Of a stretch of DNA of 64,000 bases, positions 36,682 to 45,820 are shown piece by piece. Under the pieces are notes generated by a model. That model saw nothing but the letters and a program-made list of their open reading frames with translations, was not told where the DNA came from and did no database searches. Positions within the stretch are counted from its first letter, which is position 1, and each line of letters opens with the position of its first letter. Source of the stretch: Syntrophobacterales bacterium (GTDB lineage: Bacteria > Desulfobacterota > Desulfobaccia > Desulfobaccales > 0-14-0-80-60-11); NCBI GenBank assembly GCA_020060385.1, contig JAGVAH010000043.1, forward strand, positions 24,860 through 88,859, written 5' to 3'. The position numbers and the translations under genes were made by a program.

Positions 36682-37668
36682 ATGAGCTTTCCATTTCGTC
36701 GGGCCCTGGTTACTGGAGGAGCAGGATTTGTTGGCAGTCATATCGTGGAAGAACTGGTAACCATGGGCATTGAGACCATCAGTATCGACAACTATTTCGC
36801 TGGTAAACGTGAAAATTTGGCTCATTTGCAAAAATACCCCAATTTTCACGAAGTCAATTGTGACGTTACTGATTTTAATGCCCTCAGCCCTCACTTTGCC
36901 GGCGTGGAAATAGTGTTTCATGAGGCAGCCTCAAAAAAGACTATTTGCTTAAATGATCCGCGGCGCGATCTGCAGATAAACGCCGAAGGCACCTTTAACC
37001 TCCTTGAACTATCGGTGAAAAATGGGGTCAAGAAATTCGTCCATGCCTCCACCGGGTCCGTGTACGGAGAAGCTCAGTACTTCCCGCAAGATGAAGCCCA
37101 TCCCTTGGTGCCCACGTCGTACTATGGAGTGAGCAAACTGGCTGGAGAAAAATATGTGAAGGCTTTTGACCTGCTCCATGACCTGGATGTGACGATTCTT
37201 CGCTATTTCCATATATACGGGCCGCGACAAGAATCCAGCGATGTGGGGGGAGTCGTTTCCATTTTTTCCCGCCGTCTTCTTGAGGAAAGGCCGCTGCGGA
37301 TTTTTGGAGATGGCACCCAGCAGCGGTCTTTTACCTACGTTAAAGATGTGGTTAAGGCCAACCTCCTGGCCGCCGAAAAGCCCGGGACCAGAGGGGAGGT
37401 ATATAACTGTGCTTCCGGTATTAAAGTCACTATCAAAGAACTGGCTTATCTGTGCGCTGATTTATTGGGAGTAAAAAAACCCGTTATTCAATATGAAGAC
37501 TGGACTCCGGGAGACATTAAAGTATTTAATATTGACAATTCCAAGATTTGTAATGATTTGGGCATTGAATTTATCACAGATTTCAAGCAGGGACTCTCTT
37601 TGACTTTGGATTGGGCGCGGAACTACTTCGCTTCAGGAGGAGATTCTTGTATAAAAACCATAAAATAG
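36682..37668 (+). CDS. NAD-dependent epimerase/dehydratase (extended SDR)
   Basis: 328 aa. Contains ALVTGGAGFVGSHIV and the YGVSK catalytic motif. Confidence 0.8.
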   Translation: MSFPFRRALVTGGAGFVGSHIVEELVTMGIETISIDNYFAGKRENLAHLQKYPNFHEVNCDVTDFNALSPHFAGVEIVFHEAASKKTICLNDPRRDLQINAEGTFNLLELSVKNGVKKFVHASTGSVYGEAQYFPQDEAHPLVPTSYYGVSKLAGEKYVKAFDLLHDLDVTILRYFHIYGPRQESSDVGGVVSIFSRRLLEERPLRIFGDGTQQRSFTYVKDVVKANLLAAEKPGTRGEVYNCASGIKVTIKELAYLCADLLGVKKPVIQYEDWTPGDIKVFNIDNSKICNDLGIEFITDFKQGLSLTLDWARNYFASGGDSCIKTIK

Positions 37669-38588
37669 GAGTTATCATTCCGGTATATAACGAGGAAGAA
37701 CTCATATTAGAGACACTGCACGGCATCCCCCAATATGTAGATGTGATGTTTGTCATCAATGACTGCAGCCGGGACCAGTCCCTTGAGCTTATTCAAAAGA
37801 GGCAAAAGGAAGACCCCCGCATCCAAATTATCAATCATCCGGTAAACCTGGGACTGGGGCAATCGCTGATCGATGGCTACGTGGCTGCCCGGGAAGCTGA
37901 ATTGGATATCACAGCAGTTATGGCCGGCGATAACCAAATGCACCCCGACGATTTGCATGCCTTATTGGACAAGATTATTGATGGCGGGTATGATTACGTC
38001 AAAGGGAACCGCCTCCTGCATCGTGACATCGGTTCCATGCCGGGCTATCGTTTTTTGGGGAATGCGGTGCTGACTATTCTTTCCAAATTCGCCACGGGCT
38101 ACTATCGACTAATGGATCCCCAATGTGGCTATACGGCTATCAGTCAGGATGCCTTGCGCCGCATTCCCATCGAAAAGATGACGAAGCGATATGGCTATAA
38201 TGCCGACATTCTGTGCATGCTGAACATCTTAGGCTTCCGGGTGACCGACGTTGAAGTTCGCCCTGTCTACGATCGTGAAAAGAGCAAGATCAAATTATGG
38301 CAGTATATTCCTAAGACGAGCTGGTTACTGATCTGTCTTTTCTTCCGTCGTCTTTGGAAGCGCTATGTGGTATTGGACTTCCATCCTTTAGTGTTATTTT
38401 TCTTATTTGCATTTGCTAATGTGGTTTTTATCATATTTCCTTTCACCATCCGATTTTTCTATCTCTGGTCCAGATACCATGAGCTTCCCCATACAACCGG
38501 TACTATTCTAATATTCACTCTTCTTATTACTTTTCAATCCATGCTTTTTGCAATCTGGATGGATATGGACTACAATAAGGAGAAGTAA
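37647..38588 (+). CDS. family-2 glycosyltransferase with C-terminal TM helices (Dpm1/GtrB/ArnC-like polyprenyl-phosphate glycosyltransferase)
   Basis: Contains IGVIIPVYNEEE, a GDNQMHPDD acidic motif and two C-terminal TM helices. The likely start is TTG 37647, 6 nt after AGGAGG (37635-37640), rather than 37611. Confidence 0.8.
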   Translation: MYKNHKIGVIIPVYNEEELILETLHGIPQYVDVMFVINDCSRDQSLELIQKRQKEDPRIQIINHPVNLGLGQSLIDGYVAAREAELDITAVMAGDNQMHPDDLHALLDKIIDGGYDYVKGNRLLHRDIGSMPGYRFLGNAVLTILSKFATGYYRLMDPQCGYTAISQDALRRIPIEKMTKRYGYNADILCMLNILGFRVTDVEVRPVYDREKSKIKLWQYIPKTSWLLICLFFRRLWKRYVVLDFHPLVLFFLFAFANVVFIIFPFTIRFFYLWSRYHELPHTTGTILIFTLLITFQSMLFAIWMDMDYNKEK

Positions 38589-38591
38589 GCC

Positions 38592-40625
38592 ATGTGCGGC
38601 ATCTTTGGACTTATTCCCAACCGGGAGAGCGTCCCCCCAAGCCAAATCCTACGACGGACAATCGATACTTTGTTCAACCTCTCGGAATCGCGTGGCCGTG
38701 AAGCCTCCGGCATCGCTTTTCTTCTCCCCCAATCAATCCGGGTGGCAAAACATGCCGTCGCCGCCTCCGACTTGATTTCCCAGCCTGAATACAATCAGGC
38801 CTTCGAGGCGGCCCTGGGGACCAACGGCAATTATCTTCAGGCTGTTATCGGCCACTCCCGGCTCGTTACCAACGGCGCGCAACATATCAATGAAAACAAC
38901 CAACCCGTTATCAAGAGCGGGTTGGTGGGAATCCACAACGGCATCATCACCAATGTGGATGAGCTCTGGGAGCAGTTTCCGGAATTGCCGCGCCAATACG
39001 GCATCGACACCGAGATCCTGTTGGCTTTGATTCGAAAATTCCTTAACGGCGGACAATCGTTGATTCAGGCCGTGCGCCAGGCCTATAAACTCATAGAGGG
39101 CGTTGCATCCATCGCCTTATTCTTCGACGACTTCAATGTTTGCCTCCTGGCTAGCAATAATGGTTCTCTCTATGTGGGCCTGGATAAAACTCATCAGGTG
39201 GTGGTCTTTGGTTCGGAAAGATACATTCTCCAACAGCTTGCCAAGAGGAAGTTCTTCTCTGATATTTTTGGCGATCTCCAAATCCATCAAATAAGGGCAG
39301 GAAACGGTTGCCTGTTACACCTTGATCATTTCCAAATTGATACATTTGCTCTCCAGGGGGAAGACTCCCTGGATGTAAGCTCGCTGCTTGAAAAGAACCG
39401 ATCAGTACGGCTCATTCAGGATATTTCCCCAGACAATGGTAGGCCGGCTAGCTTGCGGAGCATCCCGGGTGAAGGTCCATATATCCTCTCCCCCTCGTTT
39501 GTCGATGAGTTTCCCAAGAACCGGGATAGGGTTGCCAAACTGCGCCGGTGTACTTGTTGCATCCTGCCGGAGACTATGCCGTTCATTGAGTTCGATGCCC
39601 AAGGAGTTTGCAACTACTGCCGCAGCTATAAAAAGCTGGAACTCAAGGGGCTCGACGCCTTGATGGAACTCATAGAGCCATACCGTAAGGGAACCGGTGA
39701 ACCGGAATGTCTGGTGACCTTCAGCGGCGGCAGGGACAGCAGCTATGGGGTGCATTTTGTCAAGAATGTGCTGAAGTTACATCCTGTCACCTATACCTAT
39801 GACTGGGGCATGGTGACGGATCTGGCCAGGCGCAACCAGATGCGGCTATGCGGAAAACTGGGCATTGAGCACATTCTCGTCTCTGCCGACATCGCCTGGA
39901 AACGGGCCAACATTCGCAGAAATGTGACTGCCTGGCTGCGCAAACCCCATCTAGGTACAGTCCCCCTCTTTATGGCGGGTGATAAGCAGTATTTTTACTA
40001 TGCCAACAAAGTGAGTCAGCAAACCGGCTGTAAAGTCATTGTGCTCTGTGAAAACCTCTTGGAGACCACCCGTTTCAAGTCAGGCTATTGCGGAATCCCG
40101 CCCCGGCATGGGACGGCCCATACTTATACCCTATCAGTAATGGATAAAGCCAGGATGGCGCTTTTCTACGGTTGGCAGTATCTCCAGAATCCGGCGTTTA
40201 TAAATGCCTCCCTGGTAGATACCCTCAGCGCCTTTGCGTGTTATTACGTCATCCCCCACCCTTACGTCAACCTCTACGAGTACATTCAGTGGGATGAGGA
40301 GGAGATTGCCTCGACGCTCATCCGGGAGTACAATTGGGAGACGGCCACTGACACCAAAAACACCTGGCGTATTGGCGATGGCACCGCTTCTTTTTATAAT
40401 TACATTTACTACACCATTGGCGGTCTAACCGAGAACGATACGTTTCGAAGCAACCAGATCCGGGAGGGGGCCCTGACGCGGCCTGAGGCCCTGCGTCTGG
40501 CGGCAAGGGATAACGAACCCCGTTATGAATCCATTCAGTGGTATTGCGACATTATCGGCATTGACTTTGACGATACTATCAGGACTATCAATGCAACTCC
40601 AAAATTATATGAAAGGATAAGCTGA
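38592..40625 (+). CDS. fusion protein: class-II (Ntn) glutamine amidotransferase domain plus WbpG/PseA/WbuX-type N-acetyl-sugar amidotransferase (PP-loop)
   Basis: 677 aa. The N-terminal domain has MCGIFG (Cys2 nucleophile), GHSRLVTNG, HNGIITN and DTE. The C-terminal half has a Cys cluster (CTCCILPET..FDAQGVCNYC) and the PP-loop motif FSGGRDSSY. Confidence 0.8.
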   Translation: MCGIFGLIPNRESVPPSQILRRTIDTLFNLSESRGREASGIAFLLPQSIRVAKHAVAASDLISQPEYNQAFEAALGTNGNYLQAVIGHSRLVTNGAQHINENNQPVIKSGLVGIHNGIITNVDELWEQFPELPRQYGIDTEILLALIRKFLNGGQSLIQAVRQAYKLIEGVASIALFFDDFNVCLLASNNGSLYVGLDKTHQVVVFGSERYILQQLAKRKFFSDIFGDLQIHQIRAGNGCLLHLDHFQIDTFALQGEDSLDVSSLLEKNRSVRLIQDISPDNGRPASLRSIPGEGPYILSPSFVDEFPKNRDRVAKLRRCTCCILPETMPFIEFDAQGVCNYCRSYKKLELKGLDALMELIEPYRKGTGEPECLVTFSGGRDSSYGVHFVKNVLKLHPVTYTYDWGMVTDLARRNQMRLCGKLGIEHILVSADIAWKRANIRRNVTAWLRKPHLGTVPLFMAGDKQYFYYANKVSQQTGCKVIVLCENLLETTRFKSGYCGIPPRHGTAHTYTLSVMDKARMALFYGWQYLQNPAFINASLVDTLSAFACYYVIPHPYVNLYEYIQWDEEEIASTLIREYNWETATDTKNTWRIGDGTASFYNYIYYTIGGLTENDTFRSNQIREGALTRPEALRLAARDNEPRYESIQWYCDIIGIDFDDTIRTINATPKLYERIS

Positions 40626-40682
40626 CGTAACACAGTATTTATTAACAATATCTATTGCTTATATTAGGCTTGGGTATTTATC

Positions 40683-41249
40683 ATGAATGTGCCTAATAAG
40701 AACCGTCTGTTCATGTCTCCGAAAACCGACATGAATAGCCTGACTAATCAACTACTCCATGGCATATATCTTTCCATTTGGGCTTGCTTCAAATACTTAT
40801 CTTTCCCTTTCTTCAATTATTTGAGGTATGGGGTCTTACGTCTTTTCTCTGCCAACATTCGGGCGACGTATATCGCTGATGGTGTAACTATCATGTTTCC
40901 ATGGCGCGTGCGCATTGGCAGGAACTCCTCTCTCAACCAGGGTTGCATCCTGGATGGCTATGGGGGTATCGATATCGGCCAAGGTGTGCGAATTGCCGCC
41001 TATGTGACCATCAATACGGCTGATCACAATTTTTCTGATTCTTCAAGGCCCATTATGGACCAAGGATATGTCTGTGGCCCAGTCCATATCGAAGATGATG
41101 TCTGGATTGGGGCGCATGTTTGCATTAATAAAGGGGTGACGATCGGCCGGGGGTCAGTTATCGGCAGCGGTTCGGTCGTAACGAAGGATATCCCGTCATA
41201 TAGCGTGGCTGTAGGCAATCCCTGTAGAGTAATTCGCGAGCGGGCGTAG
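40683..41249 (+). CDS. hexapeptide-repeat O-acetyltransferase (WcaF/Maa-like)
   Basis: 188 aa. Left-handed beta-helix repeats (IGQGVRIAAYVTI, VWIGAHVCINKGVTIGRGSVIGSGSVV, VAVGNPCRVI). The exact start is uncertain. Confidence 0.8.
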   Translation: MNVPNKNRLFMSPKTDMNSLTNQLLHGIYLSIWACFKYLSFPFFNYLRYGVLRLFSANIRATYIADGVTIMFPWRVRIGRNSSLNQGCILDGYGGIDIGQGVRIAAYVTINTADHNFSDSSRPIMDQGYVCGPVHIEDDVWIGAHVCINKGVTIGRGSVIGSGSVVTKDIPSYSVAVGNPCRVIRERA

Positions 41250-41254
41250 CCTTT

Positions 41255-42544
41255 ATGGAATTATTTGGGCTATCTCTGCAGAAAAGCCGTTTCACCCGCG
41301 ACTTTATCTGGAATGTTGCCAGCTTAGGGGTACTGGGGGTCAGCGGCATGCTGATCAACAGCATCATCCTTTCCGCTTGCGGCAACGCGGCCCTTGGCGT
41401 CTTTAATCAGGTTTTTGCCATTTATATTATTGCCTCCCAGCTAGCGGTGGGCGGACTCCAGTTTTCAACGCTGAAACATTGCTCCCACGTTCAGGACAAT
41501 CTCCCGGAATGCGCCTTGGTGACCTCATCCGCCCTTATGCTGGTGGCGCTCTTGGGGCTTCCCATTTGTCTGGGGCTCTTTTTATTGCGCCCCATTATCG
41601 GCCGGGAAATCTTAAGCCCGGCGGTGGCGGAGGGCCTGGGATACGCGGTGCCGGGGCTATTCCTTTACTCTCTCAACAAAGTCTTGCTGATGGTTCTCAA
41701 CGGCCTGCGCCATATGCGGGCCTTCGCGATATTCCAGGCCCTGCGATATTTGCTCATTCTCGGGGGGGTCATCCTGGTCATCATCCTGGGCTGGCCCGGA
41801 TCCCGGCTGCCACTGTCGCTGACCCTGGCGGAAGTCCTGCTGTTCATTGGACTTTGGGAATATATTCGCCATAAATTGTTCTCACTCGAATTCTCTTTTT
41901 CCGCGGTTATGCGCTCTTGGTTCCGGCGCCATCTCTCCTTCGGCACCCGTGGTTTCCTTAGTGGCGTGCTGATAGAGATGAACACCCGGGTGGATGTGCT
42001 GCTGATCGGCTATTTCCTGTCCGACGTCATGGTTGGCATCTACAGTTTCGGCGCGGTGTTTGCCGAAGGTTTCGCCCAATTATGCATTGTTATGCGCCAG
42101 AACCTTGATCCTTTGATCGGCCAGGCCTTTGCCGAAAGGGATAGGGAGCGGATCATGGCTTTGTCAAGTAAAGTGCGGCAAAAGTTTTTGCCGCTGATGG
42201 TGGGATTGGGTGCAGCCCTGGTTGCCGGGTTCCCCCTCCTGATTTGGCTGATCTCGCCGGATCCGGCCAATTGGAAGAGTTGGGGCATTCTGGCTATCCT
42301 GGTGGGCGGCATTGTCGTCGGCGCCAGTTACCGCCCCTTCAGCGGCATTCTCTTGTTAGGGGGCCGTCCCGGCATGTTTACCTTTCTCATGGCCAGCAGC
42401 GTAACTTTGAATGCCTTGCTCAACCTCCTGCTCATCCCCCATCTGGGCATTGCCGGGTCAGCTCTCGCCACCTCGACGGTTTATATGTTGGAAGCATTGG
42501 CCGTAGTGCTCATGGCCCGGCAACTATTCGGAATTCGCCTGTGA
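41255..42544 (+). CDS. MOP-superfamily flippase (Wzx-like) no. 2
   Basis: 429 aa with about 12 TM helices and the general polysaccharide-biosynthesis/MATE-like layout. Confidence 0.6.
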   Translation: MELFGLSLQKSRFTRDFIWNVASLGVLGVSGMLINSIILSACGNAALGVFNQVFAIYIIASQLAVGGLQFSTLKHCSHVQDNLPECALVTSSALMLVALLGLPICLGLFLLRPIIGREILSPAVAEGLGYAVPGLFLYSLNKVLLMVLNGLRHMRAFAIFQALRYLLILGGVILVIILGWPGSRLPLSLTLAEVLLFIGLWEYIRHKLFSLEFSFSAVMRSWFRRHLSFGTRGFLSGVLIEMNTRVDVLLIGYFLSDVMVGIYSFGAVFAEGFAQLCIVMRQNLDPLIGQAFAERDRERIMALSSKVRQKFLPLMVGLGAALVAGFPLLIWLISPDPANWKSWGILAILVGGIVVGASYRPFSGILLLGGRPGMFTFLMASSVTLNALLNLLLIPHLGIAGSALATSTVYMLEALAVVLMARQLFGIRL

Positions 42545-42601
42545 GTTATCAGCAATGCAGAAGAAACAATAGATTGATGAAAAAATTATAGGGCGGAACT
42601 C

Positions 42602-43990
42602 ATGTTACATAATATTATTATATTATTAGTTTCATTCACCATGTTATACATATCTTATCGGCTTTTTCTGAAGGTTTCGGGATCAATGCAAATAACCCAT
42701 TTAAATTGGATATCATTTAATTATTATTTTGGGGTAATTCTGCAAAGTTTAATTGGGGTAGTGATCATCGCCATGAATCTTGACAGTAGTGAAAAACTTA
42801 CAAATCTAATTAGCCAAGACGACCGTCTTCTGGCATGGGCTGCGGTAGTTTATGGAATGATCGCCATACCAATAGGTATTTTGTTTATCTACCGGATGTT
42901 CGGGGTAAAAACCAACCTCTCCACATTCGCACAAAAGCCTCTCATGCCATTAATTGGCAAGACTGACCAATCAATCAGGTACGCTTTGTATTTCTTAGGT
43001 GTTATTTGTATTCTGTCTGTGCTTTACAGCATCTGGACAAGTGGGGGAATTTCCATGCTGAGGTCTGCATTCCAAAGCGCTGCAGCCACAGCTGAAATAC
43101 GGGCTGAAATTGGCTGGCACTATTCTGGAATCGACTTCATACGTCAGGTATTCGCCTTGATGCTTACACCTATTCTTAGTTTTATATTTTTTTCATATTG
43201 GCGCATGACCCGCCAGCGGTCTTGTTTTATATGGTTTATAATTATGTTCTTGGCGTCTTTAACAGTTCTGACATTCTCTCTCGCAAAGAGCGCTTTGTCA
43301 TTTTATGTAATAGGGTATATCTTATTGTTGGTTCTGATTGATGGGAAAACCACAAGACGCTTTACAGCAATATGTGTTTGTTTAGTTATGATATTTTTGA
43401 TAATGATGTATGCTGTTTCATATCGAGAACATGACATTAGTTCTATGTTTTCCATTGATAATTTTAATTCAAGCATAGTTACCAGACTAATATTTGGCCA
43501 GATAGTAGGCATTTATTTTTCATTTTTTGTTTTTCCATCCCTCCATGCACATCAGGGCTTACTCAGCCAATCTGGGGTGATAAGCTCTTTATTTGGTTGG
43601 GAGAAGGAACTTCCTTATGATTTGGTAATGACCCAGACAATCAGCAGTTCATCGGTGAAGGGTCTGGGTACCAGTCTTTATCCGGCCGAAGCCTGGGCCC
43701 TTTTCGGATGGCCAGGCTTGGTCTTTTGCCCTTTATTACTGGGCATGGCTATCGGGGTAATTTCCTGGATGATGTTTCGTTTCCCCAAAACACCGGTACA
43801 TGTGGGGGTCTATGCGTACATTTCTTATAAGCTGGTAATCACCGCGGGGTTTATGCTTTTCTTCTATAACCCGGAGCTAATTAAAACTTTAATTGTGTTG
43901 TTTGTTTTTGTAATGATCGGGGTTTTCCTCTCTCCTCTCAAAGTGCGGCAGCCTTTAAGGCAAGACGAAGCTTCCTCCCGGTCCATTTAA
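42602..43990 (+). CDS. polytopic membrane protein, candidate repeat-unit polymerase (Wzy-like)
   Basis: 462 aa, at least 10 TM segments, A/T-rich codon usage. Its position after a flippase fits Wzy, but no diagnostic motif was seen. Confidence 0.45.
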   Translation: MLHNIIILLVSFTMLYISYRLFLKVSGSMQITHLNWISFNYYFGVILQSLIGVVIIAMNLDSSEKLTNLISQDDRLLAWAAVVYGMIAIPIGILFIYRMFGVKTNLSTFAQKPLMPLIGKTDQSIRYALYFLGVICILSVLYSIWTSGGISMLRSAFQSAAATAEIRAEIGWHYSGIDFIRQVFALMLTPILSFIFFSYWRMTRQRSCFIWFIIMFLASLTVLTFSLAKSALSFYVIGYILLLVLIDGKTTRRFTAICVCLVMIFLIMMYAVSYREHDISSMFSIDNFNSSIVTRLIFGQIVGIYFSFFVFPSLHAHQGLLSQSGVISSLFGWEKELPYDLVMTQTISSSSVKGLGTSLYPAEAWALFGWPGLVFCPLLLGMAIGVISWMMFRFPKTPVHVGVYAYISYKLVITAGFMLFFYNPELIKTLIVLFVFVMIGVFLSPLKVRQPLRQDEASSRSI

Positions 43991-44012
43991 AATCAAAGGT
44001 AAAAATATTGAT

Positions 44013-45098
44013 ATGAGTGAAGTTGTTATTCACGTGGGGAAGTTCAATTGTTTTAATTCATCCAGGCTTTTTATGCAAAGGAACTGGGATTCCGGGAAAG
44101 TAATTTTCATTTGCCGGAATGGAAATTTTACGGCCACTAATGCCAGAAAATGGGGTGTGCATTTTCGAGAGTTGTCATTGTGGAATTTGCTGAAATCAAT
44201 TGATCAGAATACAACGCGTATTGTCTTCCATGCACAGGCCTCCCTTCCTTACCTAATTATCAGCTTATTGTTAATTAGATTGAAAAAATGGAAGGTAGAA
44301 CTGGTTTATGATATTCATGATATGCATGAACAGCAGCATGGCTCAATTAAGGTTTGGGTACGTTGGCTCATTCTAGGCGCCGCGGAACTACTGGTTCTCT
44401 GCCTTTTTAAAATAAGAGCCATTACCGTTTCGGAGAGTATTGCCAAAGAAATAGCTCGAAGATATAAATGCGCTCAACCGGACGTCTGTCTTAATGTTTC
44501 TCCCAATCAAAAATCCCCAGAGTCTCATAAGTTGCTGTCGGAACCTAGGATTGTTTACTTTGGCAACTTCGGTAGATTTCATGAATATCGCATTTCTTCC
44601 CAAACACTCGAGACCCTCGAGAGGGAAAAAGTTAGTATTGACTTCCATGGACATATAGATCCAGAGTATCAAAATAAGTTGGCTGGTTACGCTGAACGTG
44701 GGGTAATAAGGCTTCATGGAGAATATCGACCGGAAGACTTATCATTTTTGTATAATTACAATTTTGCCATTCTTGACTATGCTTCATCTCCGAGTTGCAA
44801 CGTGAGATTCTGTCTGCCAAATAAGATATTTCAAGCATTAGGTCATGGATTAACAGTATTGGTTTCTCCTAATCTGGAACAAGCCCGCCAGCTATTTGCT
44901 AAAGTACCATTTGCTGTTGTCCAGTTACCACCTAATTATAAGAAAGTCAGGGAATTTTTGGAAAATATTATTAGGGAGCGGCCATCAGAATATTATGATA
45001 TGGTTAATGGTTACTTAGATAAACTGGCAGATATGTCCAGATTATCTTATCTAGGATTACATAGAGATGAAATACAAAAGCACCGGTTCAGTAGCTAA
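44013..45098 (+). CDS. divergent GT-B-fold glycosyltransferase-like protein
   Basis: 361 aa. Shows weak GT4-like features (ITVSESIAKEI, LPNKIFQALGHGLTVLVS). Low certainty. Confidence 0.35.
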   Translation: MSEVVIHVGKFNCFNSSRLFMQRNWDSGKVIFICRNGNFTATNARKWGVHFRELSLWNLLKSIDQNTTRIVFHAQASLPYLIISLLLIRLKKWKVELVYDIHDMHEQQHGSIKVWVRWLILGAAELLVLCLFKIRAITVSESIAKEIARRYKCAQPDVCLNVSPNQKSPESHKLLSEPRIVYFGNFGRFHEYRISSQTLETLEREKVSIDFHGHIDPEYQNKLAGYAERGVIRLHGEYRPEDLSFLYNYNFAILDYASSPSCNVRFCLPNKIFQALGHGLTVLVSPNLEQARQLFAKVPFAVVQLPPNYKKVREFLENIIRERPSEYYDMVNGYLDKLADMSRLSYLGLHRDEIQKHRFSS

Positions 45099-45148
45099 GT
45101 TATCAATGATTGTTCATAATAATGGAAAATTATTAATGATGAATTGCC

Positions 45149-45820
45149 TTGTCTAACTTTATGGAAGAGGTCTTGTTAAAATATTTAAATATGGTTCCCT
45201 GGGTAACCTCCGGTTTTGTGGCCGGGGTGTTAGTACTGGTGACGGCTTTCTGGTTGAAGGCCAGGCCGCCAGGGTTGATGATTAAATATCTTTGCGGCTG
45301 CCTAATTCTTCTTATTGCCGGCAACTTATACTGGTTTTCTTCCATTGACAGGCGGGGTGGCCGCACTACTGCTGCAGCCTGGAGGCTTCATGGCCTGCGG
45401 GGATATGGTCTTCCAGACCTGTGGCGCGGATACCCTGAGAGGATAGGCATACTTGGTCCGCGGATGGAAGCCTACCTGGTCCTCAGAAAATACTGTCGCG
45501 GTGCGAGCTTGCTTTTAATGGCGGGCAGCCTCTCTGATATGGGGCTTTCCGAAAAATATCTATTAGAACTGGCTCAGGTTGCTGCCATACGACAAGGGGC
45601 ACCTAAAAATGGATTATCTTTTCATCTCCTTAAGCAGCGTTGCCAGGGGGTTGAGGAGATTACCATGAGCGATGGCCTCTTGTTCAAGTTTTGCGTCCGG
45701 GCAGATGATGGCCAGCCGGCTGTGCTGGTATGGATGCAGGGGAGAGAGGTTTTCTTTGCCCTGCCAGCACAAAAGAGGTTCATGACTCAGAGCCATCCCA
45801 GGGGAGTAAATGCTGAGTGA
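45149..45820 (+). CDS. hypothetical membrane-anchored protein
   Basis: 223 aa, two N-terminal TM segments, no recognisable domain. It overlaps the next ORF by 11 nt. Confidence 0.35.
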   Translation: MSNFMEEVLLKYLNMVPWVTSGFVAGVLVLVTAFWLKARPPGLMIKYLCGCLILLIAGNLYWFSSIDRRGGRTTAAAWRLHGLRGYGLPDLWRGYPERIGILGPRMEAYLVLRKYCRGASLLLMAGSLSDMGLSEKYLLELAQVAAIRQGAPKNGLSFHLLKQRCQGVEEITMSDGLLFKFCVRADDGQPAVLVWMQGREVFFALPAQKRFMTQSHPRGVNAE

